IMG/VR virus record: IMGVR_UViG_3300018914_000073 | Coordinates: 1 to 56,923 of that record | DNA length: 56,923 bases | Reading direction: 5' to 3' (one strand) | Origin: a virus | Taxonomy: Duplodnaviria > Caudoviricetes | Shown: positions 18,687-29,218 of the stretch, piece after piece | Position numbering within the stretch: the stretch's first letter is position 1 | How the letters are laid out: the number at the start of each line of letters is the position of its first letter | Translations under genes and position numbers: made by a program | The notes under the pieces: generated by a model | Seen by the model: the letters and a program-made list of their open reading frames with translations, nothing else | Databases searched by the model: none | Told to the model about the DNA's origin: nothing

Positions 18687-20228
18687 CTACTGGAGCGCCG
18701 CGATCTGATCGTTGAGTTCGGGGAAGATCGTGATGTTCGCGGCGAACACCCGGAACTGGTTGGCCACGTCCACCGGCAGGTAGGCGTTGACCCGGTTCGG
18801 ATCGCCTGAACGCTCGACGATCAGGTACTGAGCGAACAGATCCGGCTTCTCGACCAGCCCCGCGTCGAACAGCTCACGATAGGCATGAATGATCGCGGCC
18901 CGGATCTGGTTTGGCGTCACGATGCCCTGCATATTGCGCGGGTTCTCGTCCTTCAGCACGTGGCGCGGATAGAGCGAGGTGATGCGCGTCTTGAGGTAGC
19001 GCTTCACATAGGCTGCGATGGCCAGCGTCTCGACATCGAGGAACGTGATGTCGGCCTGACCCCAGTCATTGCTCTGGTAGGTCGTGACCATGCGGTCGAT
19101 CGCTACTTGGCCATCGGCTCGCACCACATCGGCGGCAATGCCGTTGCGGTAGAGCGAGTCGCGGTCCGCGAGCTTCCACTGGTCGGACGCAGCCTTGGGC
19201 GGGCGCACGCCCTGCTTGACCAGGGTATGCAGCGGCCGGGCGATTTCCACCGCTTCCGTGATCGAACGCCCGAGGTTTTTCGAGAAGGCGGTGATCGCGC
19301 CATCGATTGCCGCATGCAGCCAGGGTGCCGAAGGCGAGTTGAGGCCGCCCTTGATGGTCACATGGCGGTCGTTGCGGCCGGCACCGAAGGCGGTGAGCGT
19401 CGCAAGGTTCCCGTTGAGGTAGGTGATGTAGTGGCCGTCGAGCCCCACCGTCGGCGACCAGCGGCCCGCGCCGGAATCGGACAGGAAGCTGCGCACTGCA
19501 TCGAGCTGGGCAGTCGAGGCATAGGGAGCCGCGATCCAGTCGAACGGCTCGGCGCCGAGCGCGGCGAGCGCCGTGGCCATGTCCACGTCGCCAGTGCCGC
19601 CGGTGAGCGTTGCCGAGGCGATGGTGACGGTCAGTCCGGGCGGGTCGACCTCGTCACCGTCGAGACCGGCCTCGACCCGGATGCTGTTACCCTCCGTGCC
19701 GACATGACGCGCGGTGAGCGTCACGGTGCCAGTGGCATGAGCGGCGGTGACCGGATGGGCCAGGGTGCGGCCGTACTTCGTGAAGCCCTTGCCGACAGCG
19801 GCGGCGAGAGCGGCCCCCACGACCGCGGCCGTGTCGCCGGCGGCAACCGCCACCTGCACCCGCTCACCGGCGATGTAGCGCACCAGCGTGCCGGCCGCGG
19901 TGGCCGTGCCGCTGATGGCGATGGTCCCCGAAGCTGCAGTGCCGGCCGGATCGGCGACCGGAAGGACCCAGATCTCGCCGACCGGATTATGCCATCGCGC
20001 GGCAGCGGCCTGCAGGGCCAGCATCGAGCCGACGCCAAACAGGGCATTCGGATCAGCCGAGCCCAGGTTGCGGGGCACGCCGATCTGGGCGGAGCCCCCG
20101 GCGAGTTTGCGGCCCATCAGCAGCAGGCGCGAGGTGCCGGCATAGGGCGGCACCCCTGCGTTCACCTCGGCATAGAAGAGCGGCACCCGGATATCCCCGG
20201 GCATGTTGTTGAAGGCTACGCCTGGCAT
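18687..20228 (-). CDS. Tail sheath protein (Mu gpL-like)
   Basis: FNNMPGDIRVPLFYAE, LFGVGSMLA, DPNRVNAYLPVDVANQFRVFA. Confidence 0.93.
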   Translation of the reverse strand: MPGVAFNNMPGDIRVPLFYAEVNAGVPPYAGTSRLLLMGRKLAGGSAQIGVPRNLGSADPNALFGVGSMLALQAAAARWHNPVGEIWVLPVADPAGTAASGTIAISGTATAAGTLVRYIAGERVQVAVAAGDTAAVVGAALAAAVGKGFTKYGRTLAHPVTAAHATGTVTLTARHVGTEGNSIRVEAGLDGDEVDPPGLTVTIASATLTGGTGDVDMATALAALGAEPFDWIAAPYASTAQLDAVRSFLSDSGAGRWSPTVGLDGHYITYLNGNLATLTAFGAGRNDRHVTIKGGLNSPSAPWLHAAIDGAITAFSKNLGRSITEAVEIARPLHTLVKQGVRPPKAASDQWKLADRDSLYRNGIAADVVRADGQVAIDRMVTTYQSNDWGQADITFLDVETLAIAAYVKRYLKTRITSLYPRHVLKDENPRNMQGIVTPNQIRAAIIHAYRELFDAGLVEKPDLFAQYLIVERSGDPNRVNAYLPVDVANQFRVFAANITIFPELNDQIAALQ

Positions 20229-20689
20229 GCAAGTCTCCATCTCTTACCGGAGCGAATCCGGCTTATCGTCGACTGGTGGATTCCGAACTGACGCGATAGC
20301 TCATCCTGTGATAGCCCCACGGCGTCTCGAATTTGTCGCGCTTGTTCGTTTGTGAGCTTCGCGTCTACGTGGCGCTCGCCGTGCTGATGACGGCGCTTGG
20401 CGACCATATCGTTGACATTGTCCTGATGCGTTCCGAGGAAGAGATGATCAGGGTTGCAGCAACAGCGATTGTCGCAGGAATGGAGTACGGACGCCCCCTT
20501 CGGTACAGGACCTCTGAAGATCTCGTATGCCGTCCGATGGGCAAGCCTGTACTCCATCCGGAACGAGAAGACGCCGTACCCGTGTGAACCGCAGCATCCT
20601 GACCAGAGCCAGCATCCACTGTTCGGTTCTGGAGACAGACGCACCTCAAGTGCATCTTGTAAGGACGCGTGCCGTGGCTTCCCGGCCAT
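20216..20689 (-). CDS. HNH endonuclease with C-terminal HTH (homing-type)
   Basis: SGCWLW, AHR.AY, VLHSCDNRCCCNPDHL.LGT..DN..DM..K; HTH LSRQFGIHQSTISRI. Confidence 0.9.
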   Translation of the reverse strand: MAGKPRHASLQDALEVRLSPEPNSGCWLWSGCCGSHGYGVFSFRMEYRLAHRTAYEIFRGPVPKGASVLHSCDNRCCCNPDHLFLGTHQDNVNDMVAKRRHQHGERHVDAKLTNEQARQIRDAVGLSQDELSRQFGIHQSTISRIRSGKRWRLACQA

Positions 20690-20736
20690 CGCAGGCTTCC
20701 CTTGAAGAACGGCCGCGCGTGTCGGCCAGGTGATGA

Positions 20737-21042
20737 TTAGAGGTCGGTGGAGGTGGAGCCCGGCTCGGGATCCGTCGTCGGCTGGGCATCAGAGGACGGC
20801 CGGTCGTCGGCCTCTTCCATAGGCTCCGGCTGGACGGGCGAGGTCCGACGCTTGCTCTTGGACTTCGCCTCGGCAGGCTCGTCCTCGACGTCCTTTATGG
20901 TGATATCGCCGCGCTCGAGCAGGCCGGCCCAATACGCAGACCACTCGACCTCCATGCCCTCCCAAGGCAGATCCCGGCCACGGTCCGGATCCGGGATCGA
21001 TGCGCCCTTGCGGGCTGGCTTGACGAACTTCCGTTCTGACAT
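20737..21042 (-). CDS. Mu gp38-like (DUF2635) small tail protein
   Basis: FVKPA...IPDP...LP.EG.EV..SAYW...GDI; upstream of the sheath. Confidence 0.75.
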   Translation of the reverse strand: MSERKFVKPARKGASIPDPDRGRDLPWEGMEVEWSAYWAGLLERGDITIKDVEDEPAEAKSKSKRRTSPVQPEPMEEADDRPSSDAQPTTDPEPGSTSTDL

Positions 21043-21045
21043 GGC

Positions 21046-21801
21046 TCACTCCTGTGTGATCGTGACATCCAGGCCGACGAACGGCGGATGCGGCTCGCCT
21101 TCCTCGGGCTGAGGGTTCGGGTCGCCTTGGCTTGGGTTGATCGCGAGATCGCCGCCCTCGAAGAACTCGACGCCCGCCGGCGGCAGGGCATCCGAGATCA
21201 TCTGGCAGACCAGGTGCCCTGACGATCCCGAGGGCAGCGCCCTGCAGACGGTGCGCAGAGGATCCGGAAGGTTCGCGAAGGGGCCCGTAGGGACATCGGT
21301 GATGTCGAGCTGATCTTCGCCCTTCAGTTCGACCGAGAGCGTCACCACCCTGACGGCAAGGCGAAGGCCGTTCTCATTGTCAGGGAACCGGGACGACTTG
21401 TACTTGGGGACACGGCGGGTGACCTTGCGGGTCAGCGCCGGCCCCTCTCCTACCGTGACGACCTCGACCGCACGATGCTCGACAAGATCCAGCATCGCCT
21501 CGAGCTCACGGTCCGTGACGGGGATAAGCGGATCGTCATCCGGCTTCTCGCCCTTGGCGGCCATGGCGATCTCGAGCACCAGGTCGCATGTCTGGTTGAA
21601 GGGAACCCCGCCGTTCTGCCTGTCAAACGCTTCTCCGTCATCGTCCTCAGTCGTGATCGTGATGATGGGACGGAACTTCTCGCTGGCGGGCGGGTCCATG
21701 ATCGAGTCGAAGACCCGGCCTGGACAGAGCGCAGCAATGACCGGATCGGCCAGCAGGTCGCGCGAGACCGCCAGCCTCAATGCCGTTCGTGCAAGGCTCA
21801 T
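21046..21801 (-). CDS. Putative tail completion/terminator protein
   Basis: Position between head-tail joining gene and sheath; translationally coupled. Confidence 0.55.
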   Translation of the reverse strand: MSLARTALRLAVSRDLLADPVIAALCPGRVFDSIMDPPASEKFRPIITITTEDDDGEAFDRQNGGVPFNQTCDLVLEIAMAAKGEKPDDDPLIPVTDRELEAMLDLVEHRAVEVVTVGEGPALTRKVTRRVPKYKSSRFPDNENGLRLAVRVVTLSVELKGEDQLDITDVPTGPFANLPDPLRTVCRALPSGSSGHLVCQMISDALPPAGVEFFEGGDLAINPSQGDPNPQPEEGEPHPPFVGLDVTITQE

Positions 21802-22190
21802 CAGACCCTCAGATTGATCGTGGACGTGTTGAGATCGTCGGGGATGACGCTGGTGATGGTGAACGTCTCGTTAGTAGCCACGCGCCTCACCTGGTCGCCC
21901 GGTGTGACCCAATCGGGGAGAACTGATGTGGCGACCTTGATGTGGGCCGGGCGGGCTACATAGGGGCCTGTCCATTCACCCGAGCGGCCCCGGCCGTCAG
22001 GCCTAGCCAACGCGCCCTCGGATGTGAACGATCCGATGAAGGGGAAGGGCGGCCGGGACGTGTCAGCGATAGTCCGGGCGTCCGGATCCGTAACCGAACG
22101 AGCGCGGGCGAGGAGGATGAACTCCTCGCCGAACGCTTCATCAAAAGCGGGCTGCGCCTCAGCCCATGCCTCACGGAACGGGCTGGGCAT
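21801..22190 (-). CDS. Putative head-tail joining protein
   Basis: Synteny after the capsid genes; beta-rich C-terminus. Confidence 0.55.
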   Translation of the reverse strand: MPSPFREAWAEAQPAFDEAFGEEFILLARARSVTDPDARTIADTSRPPFPFIGSFTSEGALARPDGRGRSGEWTGPYVARPAHIKVATSVLPDWVTPGDQVRRVATNETFTITSVIPDDLNTSTINLRV

Positions 22191-22194
22191 CGGA

Positions 22195-22560
22195 TTACGC
22201 CGCAGCCTTGAGGGCGGCCAGGATCTCGTCCTTGGACTGAGCTGGCTTCACATCGACTCCACGCTTCTCGGCTTCCGCCAGGAGCTGCTCCTTCGTCATG
22301 CTGTCGAGTGGATCGACAGAGCCGGATCTGCTCCTGGTGCGCGTCTCGTCATCAAGGCCGGCGGCGGCTAGGTCGGTGCGCGTTGCCTTGCGCACCGCAC
22401 CCTCGGCCTCCAGCTCTTCGAACGTGTCCTGATCCAAGTCAAGGACAGCCCCAGGCTTATGCTCGGCGATCTTCGCCGCACGAATGATCCGGCCATCTTC
22501 GGCCACCTTGCCCGCTGCGGCGAGCGTGTGCACCGCGCTGAGCGCAACTGCTTTCACCAT
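22195..22560 (-). CDS. Hypothetical virion/packaging accessory protein with C-terminal HeH-like motif
   Basis: LDSMTKEQLLAEAEKRGV...KDEILAAL; follows the major capsid gene. Confidence 0.6.
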   Translation of the reverse strand: MVKAVALSAVHTLAAAGKVAEDGRIIRAAKIAEHKPGAVLDLDQDTFEELEAEGAVRKATRTDLAAAGLDDETRTRSRSGSVDPLDSMTKEQLLAEAEKRGVDVKPAQSKDEILAALKAAA

Positions 22561-22615
22561 TTCTCTGCTCCTTGGGAGTTCCGGTCCGGCGCGGGTTCAC
22601 CGCACCGGACTAGGA

Positions 22616-23689
22616 TTACGCAACGACGCGGGCGCGGAACGTGCGATTGGGGTTGACGGGGATCATCAGCGGAGCCGACTGGCTCATGATGAAGCGAGCC
22701 GACGGGTCTTTCTGGCTCCACATCTTCGGGAAGATGTCGATGGCCTGCAGGCCGGCATCCTCGTCGAGGATTGCCCCGAAGGCCTTGACGCCCTCCACAC
22801 CAGGGGCCGTCAGGACGATGTCCCGCGGATCCATGATGTTGGCGAGAGAGCCGTCATCGTTCTGGAAGGTGCCGTTGTAGACGTAGGCTTCGATGCCTGC
22901 GCCGAAGGTGCCCACATAGGTCGCCGGCTGCTCCACATCGCGGCGAACGATGCCTCGGTTCAGCGTCAGATCCGGGGACCCGCGATAGCGGGTATCCATC
23001 ATCTCCCTAAGCGCCGGGTCCTTCTGAGCAACAGCCCAGGCGCTCGTGCCGAAGGTGATACGGTTCGGGAAGCCCCCGAAGGCAGCCGCCGCCATCGTAT
23101 TGGCGAAGCCTTGAATGCTGTCCACGATGGAGACACCCGCATCGCCCCAGCGGGCGCCTGCCCCGAGGACAACCGTGTGGCCGGCATCACGGCCGAAGTC
23201 GACTACGACAGAGGGGTAGTTCGAGCCGCCGTCACGGATGTAGTTCACCGTGATCTTACCATCGAGGATGGCCTTGGCCGCCATGTAGTCCCAGAGCCGG
23301 TTGATCGCGCTGCGCTGGAACTGCACGATGCGGATCACCTCGGCGTCATACCGGGCCTGCGGAGTCAGGGCATTCTCGCCCAGGATCTCGCCCGGTTGAC
23401 GCTTCAGCATCTCGGACGGGCGAACCGCATCCTTCGGCTTGGTATAGGCCGGCTTGAAGGATTGCAGCGTCTCGCCCTGCCGGCGGTAGATCGGCTTGCC
23501 CTGTTCATTCGGGAGCATGAAGGGCGCGATCTTCCGGCTCGAAGGGATCTTCTCGAAGTAGATCTCCTCGGCGGTCGAGAAATAGCTGTCGGGAAAGTAC
23601 TGGTCGAGCCAGTAGGAAGTCGGGGCAGTCAGCCGCTCATCGTACATGATGCGGTAGAGCTGCCGGGAGGTGTAGAGATCAAGTGCCAT
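22616..23689 (-). CDS. Major capsid protein, lambda gpE family
   Basis: KIAPFMLP, FKPAYTKPK, FIMSQSAPLMIP motifs. Confidence 0.93.
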   Translation of the reverse strand: MALDLYTSRQLYRIMYDERLTAPTSYWLDQYFPDSYFSTAEEIYFEKIPSSRKIAPFMLPNEQGKPIYRRQGETLQSFKPAYTKPKDAVRPSEMLKRQPGEILGENALTPQARYDAEVIRIVQFQRSAINRLWDYMAAKAILDGKITVNYIRDGGSNYPSVVVDFGRDAGHTVVLGAGARWGDAGVSIVDSIQGFANTMAAAAFGGFPNRITFGTSAWAVAQKDPALREMMDTRYRGSPDLTLNRGIVRRDVEQPATYVGTFGAGIEAYVYNGTFQNDDGSLANIMDPRDIVLTAPGVEGVKAFGAILDEDAGLQAIDIFPKMWSQKDPSARFIMSQSAPLMIPVNPNRTFRARVVA

Positions 23690-23717
23690 GTGCGTGACGC
23701 CTTCCCTGGTTTTGGCC

Positions 23718-24137
23718 TTAGACCGTCATGGTCCGAGGGGCGCGAATGACGATGCTGGTTGGCGTCGGGGCCCCGTTGAACGCCGTCTTCTTTTTCTCGG
23801 CTGTGTCGTAGGAGGCCGGCCAATTGATCTGGTCAGGATTGAACACGCCCTGACGGTAGATTGGCACGCGGGTGGTGGTTTCCCCGGCGCCGGTGGTCAC
23901 GGCGGCGACCGTGATGCCGATGGCCTGGGTCGTGCCGTGAACCGCTGGGACGAGAGCGCCCGACGAGAAGCCAACCGGGGTGCGGGCCGGAATGTTCTGG
24001 CTGGCTGCGACCAGCTCATCCGTGGTCACGACCGGCGGAAAGTCGCCGGTGATGAAGGGATCGAAGTTGTTGATGCTCTCGACGGAGCTGCCCGCGATGC
24101 CGGCTGTGTCGGCGCTGGTGGGGATATCGATAGGCAT
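23718..24137 (-). CDS. Head decoration protein, lambda gpD-like
   Basis: YRQGVFNPDQINWP; between protease and capsid genes. Confidence 0.85.
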   Translation of the reverse strand: MPIDIPTSADTAGIAGSSVESINNFDPFITGDFPPVVTTDELVAASQNIPARTPVGFSSGALVPAVHGTTQAIGITVAAVTTGAGETTTRVPIYRQGVFNPDQINWPASYDTAEKKKTAFNGAPTPTSIVIRAPRTMTV

Positions 24138-24177
24138 GGGATGAGGTCTCCACTATCTGATTGGGTTGCGGGATGGC

Positions 24178-25464
24178 TCAGCCGGCCTTGCGAGGTGCGT
24201 AGCCGGCGCTTGCGAAGATCCCCTCAACATCGTCAGGGCTCCTTTGGCTGGCCTCGCCCTCGGCGCCGACGACTGGGTTCCTCGCAGCCGCCATGGCCTG
24301 CTCAAAGCGGTTCGGCTCCTTGCCCTGGCCAGCTGCCTTCGGCGCTTTGGCCATCGCAGCGACCGCCTTCTCGGGGGCGTCATCGGTATCGAAGGCATAA
24401 TAGCTCGCGAGATCCTCGCGCCCCTTCGCCTCCTCGGCGCTGAGGATGGCCTTGATGCGAGCGCGCTCGGCAGTCGCACCCTCTTTCTTGCCAGCCTCGA
24501 GGCCGGCCTTCTCGCCTTCCGTGCGGCCCTCGGCGCGCGCGGCATCGAGAGCAGCCTTCTCGGCTGCCTTGTCCTGATTGGACATCTCTTCATCTCCTTC
24601 GTCAGGATACAATTCAGCCGCGAATGCAGCCGTGGCGTCTTCGAGCGAACCGATCTCATCGGCCAGCCCATTCGACAGTGCTTGCGAGGCCGTGAACGTG
24701 AGGGCTTCCGTCCTGCGGATGGCCCTCTCCTCCATGCCTCGGTTCCGTGCCACGGTGGACACGAAAACCCCGTAGAGCTCGTCGATGCGAGCCTGGATGC
24801 GGTCCTTCACGTCATCGGGAAGCGCCTCATAGGCGTTGCCGTCAACCTTGTGCTTGCCCGCGTGAATGAACGTGATCTTGATACCGGCGGCATCGACCGC
24901 CTTGCTGATGTCGATGTGAAACGTCACCACGCCGATTGAGCCAACGCCGCCGGTGCGTGAAACCACGATCTTGTCGGCGGCAGAGGCAATGGAATAGGCG
25001 GCGGAATAGGCGCTCTCCGCGGCGAAAGCCCGGACCGGCTTCGTCCCCCTCGCCTCGAACATCTTGTCGACGAGGTCGAAGTTCCCGGCCACATGTCCGC
25101 CCGGGCTGTCGATGATCAGAGCGATGCCCCTGACATTCCCGTCCGCCAGCCCGCGCTCAAAGGCCTTCCAGATGTAAGGGTAGCCTGTAGCCCAGGATCC
25201 GAGCTGGTAGCCGAAGCCGTGGAGGAGGACACCCTTCACCGGGATGTGCAGGATGCCATCCTTGACGATGTAAGGCCGGTAGACCGCCCGCCAATCGCTG
25301 GGATCGAACCAGAAATCATCGGCCATGACGGCCGGCGCCTCGGCCTTCTCGATGCTCTCCAGAATGGAAGAGGCCCGCGCCAAGCAAGCCTCGAACATCC
25401 CCTTCATCTCGACCGCGATCAGCGACGGCTGCAGGTCGAAGCTGGCAAGCAGCGAATTATGCAT
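24178..25464 (-). CDS. S49 family head maturation protease (gpC-like), probably with an internal scaffold (Nu3-like) start at 24585
   Basis: IDSPGG, AYSAAY.IAS, GSIGVV; internal GAAGGAG before ATG (MSNQDK). Confidence 0.9.
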   Translation of the reverse strand: MHNSLLASFDLQPSLIAVEMKGMFEACLARASSILESIEKAEAPAVMADDFWFDPSDWRAVYRPYIVKDGILHIPVKGVLLHGFGYQLGSWATGYPYIWKAFERGLADGNVRGIALIIDSPGGHVAGNFDLVDKMFEARGTKPVRAFAAESAYSAAYSIASAADKIVVSRTGGVGSIGVVTFHIDISKAVDAAGIKITFIHAGKHKVDGNAYEALPDDVKDRIQARIDELYGVFVSTVARNRGMEERAIRRTEALTFTASQALSNGLADEIGSLEDATAAFAAELYPDEGDEEMSNQDKAAEKAALDAARAEGRTEGEKAGLEAGKKEGATAERARIKAILSAEEAKGREDLASYYAFDTDDAPEKAVAAMAKAPKAAGQGKEPNRFEQAMAAARNPVVGAEGEASQRSPDDVEGIFASAGYAPRKAG

Positions 25465-27067
25465 TGGCTTCCGCCTCTTCTTCCTGTGGGGTCGACCTGG
25501 CGCCGGATGTCTGCGCCGGCGGCCATGGGAGGCCGAGATCCTCGTAGACCTTCTTCTGATAGGCCTGCTCGCGGGCGTCCTGGTCGATCTGCTCGCGCCA
25601 GTCCCTGCCCTGCTCGCCGGCCTCGTCGGCCAGCGTCGAGACCTTGTTGCTCATCCGCTCGGTCGCCGCCTTGGCCTCTTTGAGCGGATCGACCCAGCCG
25701 CGGCCGGCGAAGATCCACTTGCAGCGGGTCCAGGCGATCTGGTCGGCGTAGTAGTCATCCGGCGTGCAGTCCGGGATCATCCCCCGGTTCACCGCCTCCT
25801 CGAACCAGAGGTCGTAGATGACGGAGCACCAGTGATCGATCAGGAACTGCCGGACAGACGAGAAGTAGCGCCATGCTTCGAGAAGGGCCGCACGCGCCGA
25901 CGAGTAGTTCGTCTTTGAGAAGTCCCGAAAGACGAGCTCGTAGGGCATGTTGAGGCCGGTACCGATGCTCCGCAGCATCACGGTCGCAAAGCTGTCCAGC
26001 TCGGTCAGCTGCTGGTTCGGCGCGAAGGCCTTGAGCTGGGTCCCAGGCGGCAGCGGGATCATGGTCCCGCCGGACATCTGGATACGCCACTGGTCGAGCG
26101 CACCGCGATATTCGCCCATCGGATCATCAGCCTGCCCGAACATGGTCGCGATTTGGCCGGCGTCCATCGGCGTTTCGAGCGCCGCGAAGATCAGCGAGTT
26201 CAGCACCGCCTTGCGGAGTGTCTCGCGGTTCATGTGGTCGAACATCTTGAAGAGCCGCGCGACCGACGTGATCACGGCCTTGCCGCGGGTCTGGCCGACC
26301 CGCTCGCTCTCGTAGATGTGAATGACCCGCCGGCGGCCCCACGGCATGTAGGCCGGGATCCGCTCCCATTCGCCGACGCCATAGCCCGCGCCATACCCGT
26401 AGATATCGCCGGGGTGGGTCTTGCGGATGTGGTAGGCCACAGCCGCCGTCGTGACGGGATCAAGCTCGATTCCCCCGCGGAAGTTGATGCTCTCGATTGT
26501 CCCCATAGGGTTCGAGAGCCGCGCCGGGTCCACCAGCTGAATGCAGGTATTCCACTTCGAGCCGTTTCGCTTCGTCCAGAGCGGCAGAGCCAGAGCCTCG
26601 CCCGTGGCTGCGATCATGCGGGCCTGAAGGCGGGTCGAGGTATGAAAGTTGTAGCGCAGGCCGGCATCGAACCAGTCGGTATCGGCGAAGGTCGCGAACT
26701 CGGATTCGACCTCACGGGCCCATCCGTCGACCCAGCTGGCTTCCTTCTTCAGGCGGATCCTGTCCGGGTTCGGCTTGCAGGTGATCCGGGGACCAATGAC
26801 GTTGTCGATGAAGGTCCGCTCGGAACCCGCCGCGACGCCGTTGTTGCGCACTAGGTCATCGATGCGGCCGGAGATCGTATCGAGTTCCGGCAGCAGAGCG
26901 GCGTCAGGCGACAACCGCGCGGCCTGCCACGTAGCCATGTCCTTGGCCATATATGAGGCGGCATGGTGCGCCGTCTCGACCTCAGGCACAGCCATCAGGT
27001 CACGGCCTGACTGCTGCCGCCGGACCTTCAGCCCAGGCGCGCCTCTATGATTCCAGGATGACTGCAT
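25457..27067 (-). CDS. Portal protein, lambda family
   Basis: GQTRG, DFSKTNYSSARAALLE, GWVDPLKE motifs. Confidence 0.93.
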   Translation of the reverse strand: MQSSWNHRGAPGLKVRRQQSGRDLMAVPEVETAHHAASYMAKDMATWQAARLSPDAALLPELDTISGRIDDLVRNNGVAAGSERTFIDNVIGPRITCKPNPDRIRLKKEASWVDGWAREVESEFATFADTDWFDAGLRYNFHTSTRLQARMIAATGEALALPLWTKRNGSKWNTCIQLVDPARLSNPMGTIESINFRGGIELDPVTTAAVAYHIRKTHPGDIYGYGAGYGVGEWERIPAYMPWGRRRVIHIYESERVGQTRGKAVITSVARLFKMFDHMNRETLRKAVLNSLIFAALETPMDAGQIATMFGQADDPMGEYRGALDQWRIQMSGGTMIPLPPGTQLKAFAPNQQLTELDSFATVMLRSIGTGLNMPYELVFRDFSKTNYSSARAALLEAWRYFSSVRQFLIDHWCSVIYDLWFEEAVNRGMIPDCTPDDYYADQIAWTRCKWIFAGRGWVDPLKEAKAATERMSNKVSTLADEAGEQGRDWREQIDQDAREQAYQKKVYEDLGLPWPPAQTSGARSTPQEEEAEANA

Positions 27068-27297
27068 CAGAAGGACATCACGATGGGCCCACGGCGGGGC
27101 GGGATGGGGCTCTCAAGCGCCGCGATCTGGCGCTTGAGGTCATCAATGTAGGCGCGCAGCTGGCCGATGGTGGCCGCCGTGTAGGTGAGCTTCCGCTCCC
27201 CGTCCGAGATCGACACGACCGACTTACCGATCGAGAGCCGATGCAGGGCGCTCTCCGCCTCGGTCAGGCGTAGCTTCAAAGTCGCAAGGTCGGCCAT
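27067..27297 (-). CDS. Head-tail joining protein, gpW family
   Basis: AESALHRLSIGKSVV..DGERKLTY...LRAYI. Confidence 0.85.
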   Translation of the reverse strand: MADLATLKLRLTEAESALHRLSIGKSVVSISDGERKLTYTAATIGQLRAYIDDLKRQIAALESPIPPRRGPIVMSF

Positions 27298-27304
27298 GTC
27301 ACTC

Positions 27305-29218
27305 TCAGATGTAGGGGTCGGATGCCGTTGCCATCGGGCGAACAACAGGACTTCGCGCAGACCCGGTAGATTGCTGAGGCTGGGCCCCGGCCTCTTCGGC
27401 CGGGGCGCTCCGCCGGCTAGCGGTTTCGGACAGTCGCTGCACGTTGAGCATGTACCCGGCAGCGCCCTGCATCGCCTCGCAGTCGAGATAGTGGTTATCC
27501 TTCGACCGCTGAACCCATTGCACCCTCCCCGAAGGACGCTTCACGCGTGCCTCAGAGACGATCTGCATGCAGTAGTCGTTGTCGACGTCGATCGGCAGAT
27601 GCCACGCCCCGAGCTGATCGGAAGGCCAGCGCACACGCTCGTGAACCCAGCTTTTCCAGTAGTCCGTGTCCAGGCGTACTAGTTCGAGGCCGTATTTGTT
27701 GGCCCGGCCATCCCGGTTCACCTCAAGCTTGCTGACGACCAGCGGGGTCTTGAGGGGAACCGACGAGCCTTTCGTCGGGCGCACGTGACGCTGAAACTGC
27801 CGGCAGAATTCATAGACACGGTTCAACGGCAAGGTATCGACCTTGCCCGGCCGGAAACCGGAATCCACGAAAGCTAGCTTGATTGGGATACCTGCCACCG
27901 GTGTGGTGACGAGGTCCGCAAGATCCGCCCAGATCTCCTCATCGGTCGTGGGCCCGTGCAGCACCCCATGATCGATCAGCCAGGAGGTGGAGCGGGCTCC
28001 CCAACCACGGATCACCCAATAGATCACGTTCTTCTGGACGTCAGCCGTCAGCGTGAGATGGATCACGCCTTTCGGCACCTCTCCACGCTCATAGCCGGAA
28101 TCGGTCCGTTTGCTCGCGACCTCCGTCCATTCAGGGGCATCCCCGCCGCCGGGCGCATAGAGCTCCCCGAAGCCGGTATTGATGACGCCCTGGATCTTCT
28201 CCTGATCACCAGAGGCAACCGCCTCAAGCCACTCCGCCGCACGCTCGCCGAACGTGACAAACGGCGATGCCAGCCCGGATACCCAGAACGAGAGCGTCAA
28301 CGAAGGCGGGGGATCGCCGATGACCTCACCCTCGGGCGTGACCATCTGCCCGGGCGCCACATAGACGCCCCTGGCATTCATCTCCGCCTTATGATGCTCC
28401 TCGATGATCCCGCCGCAGTCCTCCCGCGGGCAGACCATGAACGCCTTGCGTTGCGCCTGCTCCGGAGTGGCCTTTTCCGGCCACCGCAGCTGGCGGAACC
28501 TCGGGACGAAGTACTCACCGCAGCAGGGACATGGCCATGCCCAGTGATGGCGGGTCCCGGATTGCCACAGCTTCCAGATCGGGCTCTCAAGATCGCGGGG
28601 ATCGACCTTCTTCCAGAACTCGAGGCCGCTGTCCGGGTCCTTCTCCACGTCAACTGCACCCTTCTTCGGGGTCGATGTCACCACGACCTTCCGGTCGCGG
28701 TAGGTGAAGCCTCGGGCCTTCACGACAGTCAGGGGATCACCGTTCCCCTTCACGTCGGTCACCATCTGATCGAGCTCGTCGACGTGGACGTCGCCGGCCT
28801 GATCGGACGAGAGCTGCGTTCCGGATCCGGCCCAGGCCAGACGAAGTGGTACGCCAGCCACCAGCTTGCGGGTCTTCTTCATCCGCTTGCCGCGGGCGAC
28901 CTTGTTCTGGAGCGTCGGCGCCTGGTCGAGCAGCTGCATGATGCGAGGCTCGAGCTGGTCAGTCAGGAAGTCCTTGGACGGGCCCACATAAAGCTGCGGG
29001 CGCGGCCGGGTGTCGAGACGCCAGCCGACCATGTCCAGCACCGCGTCGGTCTTGCCCATCTGGGAGCCACAGACCAGGCAGAGCACCCCGTAGGACACAC
29101 TGTCGATCGCATTGGAGAAGGGGACCACATAGGGTGTGTAGTAGGGGTCCCGCTTGCCGGGCCGCCCCGCCGAGACCGGATACCGCCTACTCTTCTGCGC
29201 CCACTCCGTCGGAGTCAT
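27305..29218 (-). CDS. Terminase large subunit, GpA family (start approximate)
   Basis: SQMGKT Walker A, VDELD Walker B, STP, CPCC, TADVQ, DNHYLDC. Confidence 0.93.
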   Translation of the reverse strand: MTPTEWAQKSRRYPVSAGRPGKRDPYYTPYVVPFSNAIDSVSYGVLCLVCGSQMGKTDAVLDMVGWRLDTRPRPQLYVGPSKDFLTDQLEPRIMQLLDQAPTLQNKVARGKRMKKTRKLVAGVPLRLAWAGSGTQLSSDQAGDVHVDELDQMVTDVKGNGDPLTVVKARGFTYRDRKVVVTSTPKKGAVDVEKDPDSGLEFWKKVDPRDLESPIWKLWQSGTRHHWAWPCPCCGEYFVPRFRQLRWPEKATPEQAQRKAFMVCPREDCGGIIEEHHKAEMNARGVYVAPGQMVTPEGEVIGDPPPSLTLSFWVSGLASPFVTFGERAAEWLEAVASGDQEKIQGVINTGFGELYAPGGGDAPEWTEVASKRTDSGYERGEVPKGVIHLTLTADVQKNVIYWVIRGWGARSTSWLIDHGVLHGPTTDEEIWADLADLVTTPVAGIPIKLAFVDSGFRPGKVDTLPLNRVYEFCRQFQRHVRPTKGSSVPLKTPLVVSKLEVNRDGRANKYGLELVRLDTDYWKSWVHERVRWPSDQLGAWHLPIDVDNDYCMQIVSEARVKRPSGRVQWVQRSKDNHYLDCEAMQGAAGYMLNVQRLSETASRRSAPAEEAGAQPQQSTGSARSPVVRPMATASDPYI

